From the human T2T-CHM13v2.0 reference genome, Homo sapiens, in assembly GCF_009914755.1 (NCBI RefSeq), contig NC_060935.1: a stretch of DNA of 64,000 nucleotides; one strand, given 5' to 3'. How positions within the stretch are numbered: the stretch's first letter is position 1; every line of letters starts with the position of its first letter. The notes beneath the pieces are model-generated. The model was not told the DNA's origin and made no database searches. It saw only the letters and a list, made by a program, of their open reading frames with translations. Below are positions 1-12,341 of this stretch, in pieces. The position numbers were made by a program, and so were the translations under genes.

Positions 1-1204
1 ATTTCAGGCCTTGCGCCATACAGTTGACATTTAACGAATGCTTACTCTGTTACATGCTGGTAAAGAGCTACAAAGAGATTTCTCATTTTGTCTCTACATT
101 TTTCCCCACAGCAACACTATACCTATGAGAAAGTGCTATGAATTCTCTCCTTTTTCACACATGTGGCAATGGTATTTAAGCTCCCACAGTTAGGGATAGA
201 GCCAAGATTGGAGGCCCTTCTGAATGCTATGTGCATTGCCTTCTATTAATATCAATAATTGTGCCAAGTTCATTAGGGCTTTTAAATACAAATTTAATTT
301 TAGGATCCTTGAATTTTAGAAGTATAATGGGTCACAGAGATCTCAGTTTACCCTGGGAAAATTAAATACATACATCTTTTGAAATGGAAAATTAGGACAA
401 GATGTAGAATAAAGCCATCATAGACCAAAATTGAGCTAATGTTAATTAAATGCATGTATTTTTTAAGGACCTAGGGAGTAGTGATATTGCCAACATGAAA
501 ATCACATGAACTGTCAAGAAGATGTCCTACAAGGCAATTAAGATGCACCTAGATGGTACACTTTAAGATTTACGTAGCTCAAGCTTTGCTGACCTCAACC
601 ATCTATGGTATCAATGCAGTCACATTAATATGAATAACCCATGTTTACGTATCTCTTGTTCCCATTTATTTAGTCATCTGTAAAAACAATTTCCCCAAAT
701 ACTCATGATATTACTCAGGGGATGTCTCAAGTGTTTTCATGAACAAATCTTCTTTGTCAGAGTAGTTTATTGAGCACTACTTCCCCTGCCATTTAGTCCC
801 GGGTTTCCTGCATTCACCTACAAGGGACTAACCTTCTGTCAGAACCTAAGTCACTCCTTGCTGAGCACTTCCTCATTTCTGCTGCTTCTCCAAGCAGAAC
901 ACCAGTGATTCTCTAGTCCAAAGTGTTCCCTAGCTGCTATGCGAGGTGTGCGAATAGGGGAAGAAAACGACCCTATTTTTTTAGATTTTATTCATTTGGG
1001 ATGATTCTAGATTGGTACCATTTCTTTAAGTTTGTCATGAAGTGAATCTAATGGCTGGTTTCTGTTGTTTCTGTTTCTTGTCCTTTCTTAAGAGGGTAGG
1101 TGCTTCTTTTATGTTTTCTTTATAATCAAAAGTCAAAAGAAATGACTCCTTCTAAATTCAGGTTTCCACCAGGGTCTCCTAGCCTCACTACTTAAAAAAA
1201 ACGA

Positions 1205-1425
1205 GGTATAATTTTCATAAAGTAAAATCCACTTTTTGGTGCAAGGTTCTGGGAGCTCTGACAAGTACATACAGTCATGTAGCCGACATCATGATCAAGG
1301 TATAGAACAAGTTCATCATCTTCAAAAATTCCCTTGTTCTCCCCTCATTCATCTTCAGCCTCTGGCAGTTACTAATCTGTGTTCTGTCGGTATATTCTTT
1401 CTTTCTTTGAATGTCATATAAATAT
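1205..1425 (-). mobile_element. Old L1M (L1MB/MC/ME-type) 3' UTR fragment
   Basis: Diverged antisense L1M 3'-end motifs (ggtataatt...catacagtcatgtagcc...gaatgtcatataaat). Confidence 0.6.
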
Positions 1426-1469
1426 GCATTCTGGTCAAAAATATATATATTTGTTTTTATTTGTGACAA

Positions 1470-1587
1470 AGTTGAATATGGTCCCCATTTGTCTGGGACT
1501 ATTTCAGTTTATGCATAATTATCAATAAAAACCACTTTTATTCTCAGGTGTTTTTCAATCTGGATAATAAATTAGAGGATTCTGCTA
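1470..1587 (-). mobile_element. MER94-like hAT-Blackjack MITE (diverged)
   Basis: ggtccccatttgtctgggact...ctggataataaatta resembles the reverse complement of MER94. Confidence 0.55.
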
Positions 1588-1603
1588 TTTATTGTAGTAT
1601 GCA

Positions 1604-1604
<1 letters not shown>

Positions 1605-1639
<35 letters not shown>
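1605..1639. repeat. (CA)n microsatellite
   Basis: Direct reading. Confidence 0.97.
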
Positions 1640-1640
<1 letters not shown>

Positions 1641-3597
1641 CTCCATGGAGGATGGGTTTGAGGCCACATGTCAGAAAAAAAATAAATCGCCACCCTTTTC
1701 TCAACTATTTCCCTAATCCCTTCATCTTCACACAAAAAAGAAGAATAAACACAGACAACTCAGCAAATTGGAATCTTTAACTTTTGAATACAGTTATTTT
1801 TCCCAACTTGATTTTCAAGTGCACGACCCGGTAACACTGGCTATCCAGATATTTAGCAAATAATCCAGATAAGATACATATACATAAATGCATCACATTT
1901 CATAACTTAAAAATTGCTGCTATAATATGCTAATTTTCCTAATATATGAATATATAAAGAGCTTGTCACTGGAAGTGTCCGTACATAGGCAGGTCAACCA
2001 CTTGTCACGCAGGACTATAAAAGAGATAATTCAGGACTCAAAATGGACACAAAGAGCATTGGACTTCCTGCTATCTGAGATACATTCCAGCCTAAGACAG
2101 TGGAGCACCATTGTTTAAAAGAATGCAAACTTTTGATTACGATAACCCTACATACCAATTCTAGATTTGCCACTTCTTTCCTCAGCTTATGTTTTCTGAT
2201 GTGTCAAATGGGAGTAACACTTAATATAGTTGTTAAAATTAAATAGAACAGTGTAATTTGTTAGCATAGTGTCCAGCATGTACTAAGAGTTCAAAAAAGG
2301 TATTTATTATTAAATTAAACCAGAGGTTTTTAATTAGTTGCTTTTTAGAGTTTATTAGCGCTTAGGGTAACATAAGCCAAAATGGTCAGTTGAATCAGGC
2401 TTGATGAAACATAGCAATTAAATTTGTATTTTGTCTAATAGAAGGTAGCTATTTTAAGTTTCCCCTTCCTCTTAGAAGCATGCAAGGTGAAGCATAAAAT
2501 CACACTGGTTGTCCACTATGGCAGACACTGCTAGAGCTCAACACAAGGAGCTTCTCCAATATTTTGGGGGCCCAGGCCAAGGGTACCCGTGGATGGCCGC
2601 CTACAACACATCTCAGTGTTTAAGAATAGTGAATCAAGCTGGTAACCTGCTAAATGAAATATATTCCAGCTTTCCACATTGTCCAATACATTCATAGCAA
2701 CATGGAAAAACACATTTAAATTTAGATTGCTTAGGCTCCTTGGAGTTCATACTAGAAAATGGCAGCAGGGGAAGACCTGAGTCCAGGCCCCTACTCCTCT
2801 AGTGTGGCCTTTCTCTTCTCACTCCACTTCCAGCTCCATCTTGCGCTATGAATTACATCATGCACATCCAGCCTGCTCAAGCAAGTTTTGTGCCAATTAT
2901 TCACAAACATCCAGCCCTTGGACACCTTTGGGACTGAGCAATTCATATACAGGAGGTACCTTCGACCTTTTTGGAAGATGAACCTATGGACGAGCACCAA
3001 GCTGCACCTGGAAATAATCACCATAGCATTGTTTTTTTTTTTTTTTTTCCAGTAAATTTCAGTATCCAAGGCATCCCTGGACTTTAACCTTATATTCTCA
3101 TTTCTTGTTGGGGATGGTATATCTGAAAGAAAGACTGAAAGTATCTGTCTAAAAGAATAGGCCCACAGCAGGGGCTTCTCTCACTCAGGGTCTGAGGGCG
3201 GCACTCCTCTTTTTTACTTTCTGAGTGAGTGTCTGCATAGGTTTTATACCGTAACCTCCAGGCAAGCTTAGGTGCTTCTATGTTACAGAATACTGAGCCA
3301 TGGAATGTGGGAAGAAGTGAAGCATGCCATCTTAGACCCTGGCTTTAAAAGTTGTCAGGAGATCCTTTCATTCTCTTTCATCATTCATCAGATGGCCAGA
3401 TGCAGAGGATCCCGCAAAACACTCTGGGGTGTAAGGAATGGCACTGGGGTCTAAGGAATGGCAGGAATCATTTGATAGAAAAAGCCCAAGTTATTCAGTA
3501 TCTGTGTGAAACCAAACTCCTTCCTATGCCCAATCTAAATAGGATTCTAATAGATAAGAATAAAGAGATTTTTATTTTAAACCATTGTAGAGAGTGT

Positions 3598-3600
<3 letters not shown>

Positions 3601-3630
<30 letters not shown>
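3601..3630. repeat. (TG)n microsatellite
   Basis: Direct reading. Confidence 0.97.
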
Positions 3631-3633
<3 letters not shown>

Positions 3634-3744
3634 TTATGTGTTAGCAATTAGCATACTCTGCCCAACATCATTCACTAACCTTGAGATTTACCCTGGATAC
3701 ATTTCTTGCTTCCATGCTCCTATCTGCTTCTAATTCTGTATCCC

Positions 3745-3745
3745 A

Positions 3746-3784
<39 letters not shown>

Positions 3785-3820
3785 ATACATACATACATAA
3801 ATACATAAATAAATACATAA
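3745..3820. repeat. (TAAA)n/(TACA)n compound tetranucleotide repeat
   Basis: Direct reading. Confidence 0.95.
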
Positions 3821-4343
3821 GACTTTCAGAATGAATGAACAGATGAATGGGTGAATGAATGAATAAACAGAGGAAAGATGAAATTAATTAATTAACATTA
3901 AATAAGTCTCCGGATATTCTTCCAGATAGACTAATGCCACATTCAAGCATATATTGCTTGACATAAGAAATTAACTATTGAGTCTTATGCCTAAAATATT
4001 ACTTCCTATGCGCTTCTTGTTTTTCAGACTATTAGTTCACAATCATGACACAATTTGTCATACGGGTACTTATTGCTTTGTCTCTAACTCCCTGCTTTCC
4101 AGCACCTACTTTTCAGATAATTGTCCTGATTATTTTTCTTTATTTTTCTTCTTCGCCTTAGCCACATAATTGAAATGGGAATTGTCATCATTTTTCAGCT
4201 TAACTTTCACTCCTGGACACAATTTATAGACAATCGAAAGACAATAGACACTCCAGAATAGATTAATCACAAGTCTTTCCTGGAAATTTAAAATTGAGAA
4301 AACATAAGAGTGTCAGTCTGGCTGAGCGCTAAAGTTATAAGCC

Positions 4344-5001
<658 letters not shown>

Positions 5002-5621
5002 TCTATTTTGGCTGGTAGTCACGCCCCATCATGAAGAAAGGGAAAAAGTAACCTGGTAAGACAAAGAAAAATTAAAGCAACAACAGATGTGCAAAGACAA
5101 AGACAGATGAGAGATTAAGAAGAGGTCTTCCTTGGCTTCCTATCATTTCAGAGTCCTTGGCATCAGCCTATTCTGGATGTTCATTTTTATCCTTCTCCTA
5201 TCTGAGGTTTGTGAAAACAACTTGTACTTTTATGGAAGAGCACTCTTTTGAATAACCTAAATGCATACATTTTATGTTACCAGCAACCAAAATAGGCCTA
5301 TAGGCAAGAGTACATGACATCTGAAGGGGTGATACCCCACATTCCTTATCCTGGACCTTTTCTATGCCAATTTTGGTCCCAAACCTTCATGTCACCTTGA
5401 AACTATTCAAAGCACTCAGCCCCTTTTGTCAGAGACAAGAAAGGCAGAGCACTCTGTTTGAAGTTATACTGCTTTTACCATTAAAAAAAATACATCTACT
5501 AAAGATTTTTTTTCCAACAGAGCAACACAATAAAAGAGTAAGTGGCTTTGTAGTAAAAAATAATATAAAAAGATAATTAAATCTCAGGGGTATTTTTTGG
5601 TCTAATGCAGTTTTTCCTCAG

Positions 5622-5646
5622 AAAAAAAAAAAAAAAAAAAAAAAAA
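5622..5646. repeat. poly(A) tract (A25)
   Basis: Direct reading. Confidence 0.95.
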
Positions 5647-5868
5647 CAAGCATCAAGGCTGCCCCTAAAGGCACTTTTTGACTCACCGTTGCCACTAACA
5701 TGAAGTTGAGTGTGAAAAATCTCTGCTTGATTTGTTCTTTCTTTTCAAGAAAAAAGAGGCTTAATATTCATTGCAGAGGGTGAGTAGAAAAAAAAATCTG
5801 TGCTGTTATTTTTGAGGGGTTGAAATGCTTGTTCTCACCACCGAAGGTGTTCATCTTTACAAAAAATG

Positions 5869-5969
5869 GTTGCTAGGGAGCTAGCCAATTTGAGGGAATA
5901 TTTTTGAATGTTTATAAAACTAAAGAGCAGCATCATTGGCAATACATTTATTGGCAGAACTGAACCAAT
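5869..5969. promoter_or_regulatory. Candidate promoter: RFX X-box-like site, palindromic TTTATAAA, four CCAAT/ATTGG boxes
   Basis: gttgctagggagc 5869-5881; ccaat 5885 and 5965; attgg 5935 and 5950; tttataaa 5911-5918; apparently non-repetitive DNA. Confidence 0.35.
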
Positions 5970-6594
5970 TAGTCAGTGCTGCTAAAGTGACTGCATACAG
6001 CTGATTTCACAGAGAGGGCAAATATATAATGATGCATGCTACTGGAGTACTTTTTTTTAAAACTACAGATTTAAGTCTCAGATAAAGGCAATAACACTCC
6101 TTCTACTTCAGGAAATTTTGAGTGTTCAAATATGTGGTTATAAAAACACATAAGAGAGCATTTTTAGGCCATTCTGACACATTCCACACTCATTCTTAAA
6201 TAAAATAAATCACATGATCAGCTCTCCTTGAGGCTGGAGATTGGTTTTTGTAATAAGGAAAGGCCTAGCAATGTCTCCTCATTTCATTCATTCCAACTAT
6301 GCAATTCAACTACAATTCTCGTTTTAATTTCCTTTCATGTATTTCTATCTGTAATTTTTAAAGACAACTATGATTTATATTTATAAGGATAATGAGAATA
6401 AAAAAGGAGAGCAATACCCTTTTAGACAAAGACAATCCAACAAACAAGCAAAACAAAACCAACAAAAACTTTTCGTGATGTGCAAATATAAGGTTCACTA
6501 AGTCCTGCTGGTTGTCACTTTTGATTGTCTCTCCTCTCATTTCATGTATATCCTCTGCTCCCCTCATGAGTGGAGAAAAAAAATGTGTGATTAG

Positions 6595-7040
6595 TGAATG
6601 TCAGCAGTTGGACTCTCTGAGATTCAGACTGAGGAGTTTAGAGTGTAGGAGGTTTTGTAGAGCACGGTCTTGGGATTCATATCTGCAGAAGAGAAAAGAA
6701 AGAAGCAGGGTTGGACAGAGGGAGAACTTGGGCTGCCAGGAAGTCTTAATGGAGGTCATAAGTAACTCTACAAAAGACTTGGAAGAATGCATGACGCTTC
6801 TGAGTTCTGAGTGGAGCAAAGGTGCCGGACTTTAATGCTGCCCTATAAACTAGTCACGGATGCTGGCAACTCAGGAAGGGGAACCCAATCTTGAGCAAGG
6901 TGGCTCTCTTCAATAGAGGCATTTTCTGAAATGGGACAGTAGGGCATAGCACTTTGTCCACTGCATTCTCAGCAGCTGAGGGAAGAAGTTCATCATTCCT
7001 GAATAAGGATCCAGATACCACATCACAGCATCTTTCACAC
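6595..7040 (-). mobile_element. Old ERVL-type solo LTR (LTR16/33/41-like)
   Basis: cagactgaggagtttagagtgtaggaggttt...gaagcagggttggacagaggg pattern. Confidence 0.55.
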
Positions 7041-10000
7041 TAACAATGAATAATTGTTTTTTATTTAAAAACAATGAATTGCATGAGGCAGTATAGGTAG
7101 CTATTAGTGTATTATTTACCTATAACCTGTTGACTGCCTAATACTGGAACAGAGCTAATGGGAAAAAATGCCCAACTTGTACAGAACATTTTGTTCAAGA
7201 GGGAAATTGAATCCATGCAACACTACTAACTTAAAGGCAGGCAGAACATTATAAACTGGTAACTGGGGAAAAGAAAATTAGTACCACAAACTCATAGAGA
7301 AGATGCTAATGAATATTAAGGGAATCAACAGGGATAAAGGGCCTGGATATAGGTTGTATCTTTGAGAGCAGTGTTAGGTAAAACAGGCAAGTGGGAATAA
7401 GATGGTTGTTGCCGAAGACAGAAGCTTGTGCATGCTATGGATAAAACAGGCAGAAGAGTGTTTCCCCTAAAGCAGAGGGAGGCAAGTTTGAATAGATTAA
7501 GAGGCATAAAATGTCAGAATGAATTGGATGCCAGATTGAAGAGACTGAATGCCACTGAAAATGAAATACAAAACTAAATATCTCAGTATGGAAGTCATAC
7601 AATAAAAGGGGAGCTTTCAAATATTAACACGGTGGGGGGATATAAGATATTTTTTAGAAGATAAGACTGTAAATCACCATCTTCTTGGTTAGTTTGCCAG
7701 AATGGGAAAGGTAAAATTTCTGAAGTTCCCATGACACACACACACAAAATGAGAACTGAAAGATACACTGTAACATAACCTGTCCAAAGTCACGATGCAA
7801 AGAAATGATTGAGCTGGCAATCAAACCCATAGCTGTCTTCAAAGTCCCTTTTCTGCCACCATTCCACGCTGCCAGAATGTTAGAAAACCTGCCTGCAAGC
7901 TGCTTTTCCTACCCAGGATTGTTCTGAAAGTAAGAAAATCAAAACACTGGCATTGATTTGGAGTACAATATAGGTTTCACATCTTGACACTATTTGGGAA
8001 ATTAAATGGGATCTGTCACCATTTTATGATTAGCATAAGACAGAGCCCCATTTTGCATCTAAGAACACTTTCTGAGACAAATTGCTATGTCTTTAAATAA
8101 TGGATTCAATAAACATTTAACAACTGCCTATTCTGTGCCAGGGAGTAGTCCTGGTGTGGTGGACAAAGCAGAAAATAAGACAAAGTCCTTTTGTCATGAA
8201 ATTTATATTTTACTAGACAGAAACAAGTAATAAATATAAGAAGAAATAAAAATTTAAATATATTAATATGATAATTTCAGAAAAGTAAATATTTTAGGAA
8301 GAAAAGCACAGGATAATTTTATGGATAGTTATTGATAAATGATAGGAAATGTGTTCATTGGTTTTGTTTTTGTTTTTAATGTTCCACCACTTAACTAGCT
8401 GCACACTCTTGGTTAATCGGTCTGTGACTCAGTTTTCTCACCTATCTTAGAGATCTGATGCTGTGATTAAAAGATTAAATACACAAAACGTGCTTTCACC
8501 AGTGAATAGAATAAGAGTTCAATAAATGTCAATGCATTATTAAATGTTATTCATATTTCTGAGAATGAGAACTTCACGTTTCCCATCTCTTCTTTCCTGT
8601 GCAGAAGTAAGAAGTCCCAACTGCACAGAATGCTTCCTGAACGTAAAATTTCCTGTTTCAGATTATTTATGCCCCATAACCTTGATATGATTTGTCCTCC
8701 CCTCACTCAATAACCACTTATTAAATGGCCACAGCTTGCTAGACATTGGCTTTCTTAAGGTGAATTTAATTCAGAAATTACTAAATTCAATTCTGTGGGT
8801 TTGTTTTGTTTCTCCATAATCCCTTACACTGGTTTATCAGCCTGCCAGAGAAGCAGAAAGATAGCCTCCAGGGCTATGTCAGCCAGGCCCAGCCCAGACA
8901 TCAAAGAATATTATGAATGTGTAAAATTGCCTTTGGCAAAGACTATTTACAGACCCTCTGGCACAGTTATGCTGAAATGATAAGAAATGTCACTGCAGCC
9001 TACTGCATTGAATAATAAACATTTCCTGCCTTTAATATCAACTACCCACTTATCCGGAACCCAGAATGGCTCGCAATTACAATCAAGGAAAAAAGGAAAG
9101 GTTAGGTGTTTTTTTTTTTGTTTTTGCTTTTGCTTTTTATTAATATGCCGCAATGCTTACTATTAATTAAATCAGCAGTATAGCCAGGAGTGGAACTTAG
9201 TGAGATTATCTATATTATGCACTCGAAATATAGTTTATCCATTTTAATTAAATGAGTTCTAAATATAACCATTTTTAATTCTTCTACACCCTACAACTAA
9301 TTAAAAATAAAATTAGTTAACATTTCTATGTGACATCATTAAAAAATTGTTCATATAAAGATGCAAATATCCCTATAGTATCCTGTGTATTTACTTGCAT
9401 CCCTCTATGCTGTTGATGACAAGAGTATTAAAGCTTTGCATGAATACAAACCTGTGGGCAAGGCTTTTTTTTTTTTTTTTTTTTTTTTTCTCAAATTTCT
9501 CCCCATGTCTAGTCATCTGCCTTCTGCTTGTCTCATCTTGGCATGTTCTGGATACTGGTTATAGCTTTGGGAAGCCTATTAAATTTCACCTCCTTGGATG
9601 TTCTGTTTCAGAGAAACTTCATGTTAGGCTGACATGAACACATCCACATCTACTCTTTATTTCTTTTTATTTCTTTATGTAGCATATTAGGGCCTTCTTA
9701 GTGTGCTAAGAGGTCTCAGTCGTAAGAAAATACCATTGTACAAAGTGACTAAAGAAACCACCATGAGAACTAGAAATGAGGTAGAAAAACCTGAACAAAT
9801 TGCTGGAGGCTCAGTGTGGACAAGTCAGAGAGTTAAAAACTCCATAGGGACTCAGTCTTAGCAGCCCTCCAGACTTTTGTAAATTTTACCCTCTGGAGCT
9901 TGACCAGGTTCTCATAGCAAATATCAGAAGAAAATCTCCACGTGCTTCTGGCAGCTGGAGAGGAAAGGACACATTTTGAAATACGCCAGAGCACTCTTTT

Positions 10001-10644
10001 CTTCTTAACAAGGCTGGCTCTCAGGACAAACTATTTAACCAAAGCCTATCATGCCAGGATTTTATCAGAGCCTAACTGACCAGAGGAAAACGAATACCCA
10101 ACTCTAGTCCACTCTCATCATGTTGTCCCACCTAAGAGGTTGGGAGGACTGAGAAATACTTGTGAATTTCACAGTCCAGAGGCATAGGTTCACTAAGACC
10201 TAGTCATAGGACTTCAGAACTCTTCCCTTCCCTCAACACCTTGCAACCACATGACTAAATGCCTATTTACAGCAGTTCTTTTTACCCAGTACATCCTGTC
10301 AAGCTATTAAGGAAAATTACAAGACATATTGAAAGGTATACCTTGGAACAAACAGAGAAAGCATTAGAAGCAGACATGACAGGAATGTTGGAATATCAGA
10401 CTAGGAATTAAAGCAACAATGATTAATATGCTAAGGGCCTAATATGTAAAGGAGACAACATGCAGGAACAGAGAGGTATTGTGAGCAGAGAGATGGAAAT
10501 ACTAAGAAAGGACCAAAAATAAATGCCAGACAAAAACACTAACAAAACGAAAAATGTCTTTGATGAGCTTGTTAGTAAACTGGACATGGCTGAGAAAATA
10601 ATATTTGAGCTTGAGATTACATCAATAGAAATTTCCCAAACTGA

Positions 10645-10880
10645 TTTCATTCAATGGTGTTTTGTAGTTAGCAGTGTACAGATCTTACAAATATTTTACC
10701 AGATTTATAAATAACTTTTATATTTTTTGGTATTGTAAATGGCACTACTTTTTAAAAATTTAAGTTTCCAATTGTTTTATTGCTGATAACTAAAAAACAA
10801 ATTGATCTTAAATTTTGTGACCTTGCTAAAATATCCTATGAGTTGTAGTAGTATTGGTTTTTAGATTTGGGGGGATTTTT
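10645..10880 (-). mobile_element. Old L1M ORF2 fragment, antisense
   Basis: gttttgtagtt...tattgtaaatgg...aattgatc...gaccttgctaaa is typical antisense L1 ORF2. Confidence 0.65.
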
Positions 10881-11371
10881 TTTCTTCATCTTTTATTTTA
10901 AGTTCAGGGGTACATGTGAAGGACATGCAGGTTTCTTACATAGATAAATGTGTGCCATGATGGTTTGCTGCACAGATCATCCCATCACCTAGGTATTAAG
11001 CCCAGCATCTGTTAGCTAATCTTCCTGATGCCTTCCCTTCCACCATCCCACCTCTGACAAGTCTTAGTGTGTGTTGTTCTCCCTAGTGTGTCCATGTGTT
11101 CTCATCATTCAGCTCCCACTTACAAGTGAGAACATGCGGTGTTTGGATTTCTGCTCTTGCATCAGTTTGCTGAGGATAATGGCTTCTAACTCCACCTGTG
11201 TCCCTGCAAAGGACATGATCTCATTCATTTTTATGGCTGCATACTATTCCATGGTGTATATGTACCACATTTTCTTTATCCAGTCTATCATTGAAGGACA
11301 TTTAGGTTGATTCCATGTCTTTGCTATTGTGAATAGTATAGCAATGAACATACACGTGCATGAATCTTTAT
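10878..11371 (-). mobile_element. L1PA (older, ~PA13-16) 3' end
   Basis: ttttattttaagttcaggggtacatgtg...cagctcccacttacaagtgagaacatgcggt...gtaccacattttctttatccagtc. Confidence 0.92.
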
Positions 11372-11386
11372 AATAATGAGACAAGA

Positions 11387-11535
11387 GGGACAGCATTAGG
11401 AGATATACCTACTGTAAATGACGAGTGAATGGGTGCACCACACCAACATGGCACATATATACATATGTAACAAACCTGCACGTTGTGCACATGTATCCTA
11501 AAACTTAAAGTATAATAAAAATAAATAAATAAATA
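11387..11535 (+). mobile_element. Very short 5'-truncated young L1PA 3' end
   Basis: gcattaggagatatacct...aacctgcacgttgtgcacatgtatcctaaaacttaaagtataat plus (TAAA)n tail; 15-bp TSD aataa(t/c)gagacaaga at 11372-11386 and 11536-11550. Confidence 0.93.
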
Positions 11536-11799
11536 AATAACGAGACAAGACTGAAAACAAATGAATTAGAATATCCAGGAACTGCAGGACAACTACAGAA
11601 GGTGTAACACATTCACAACGAGATACAAGAAGGATAAGAAAAAGAAAGAGAAAAAGTATTTCAAACGCTATAACTGAGAATTGCCTCAAATTAATGTCAG
11701 ACACAAAATCATAGGTGGAGGAAACTCAGACAACATCAAGCAGGACAAATGCCAAAAAAACTGTAGCTAGGTTCAGTATTTTCAAACATAGAAAATTGG

Positions 11800-12291
11800 A
11801 GATAAAACAAATAATTCAATTAAAAAAAGGGCAAAGGATTTGAATAGACAGTTCTCAAAGGTAGACATCCAAATGGCCAATAGGTATATGAAACAATGCT
11901 CAATGTCACAAATCATCAAGGAAATAGAAATTAAAACTACAATGAGATATTACCATATACGTGTTAGAATGGCTATTAGCAAAACAATGAAAGATAAGTG
12001 TTGGCAAGGCTGTGGAGAAAAGGGAATTTTCTGCACTGTTCATTGGTGAGGACGTAAATTAGTAAAGCCAATGTAGAAAACTGTATGGAAGCTTCTCAAA
12101 ATATTACAAATGGAACTACTGTATGATACAGCAATCCCACATCTGGGCATATATCCAAAGGAAATAAAATCAGTACGTTGAAGAGATTTCTACACTTTTA
12201 TGTTCATTGTAGCATTATTCACAATAGGCAAGATATTGAATTAACCTAAGTGTTAAATGTCCATTGACAAATAAATAAAAAATAATTAGTG

Positions 12292-12341
<50 letters not shown>

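Noticed and set aside
3032-3052. Plus-strand poly(T)-CCAG acceptor
   Set aside because: Simple T-run with no convincing downstream donor or reading frame.
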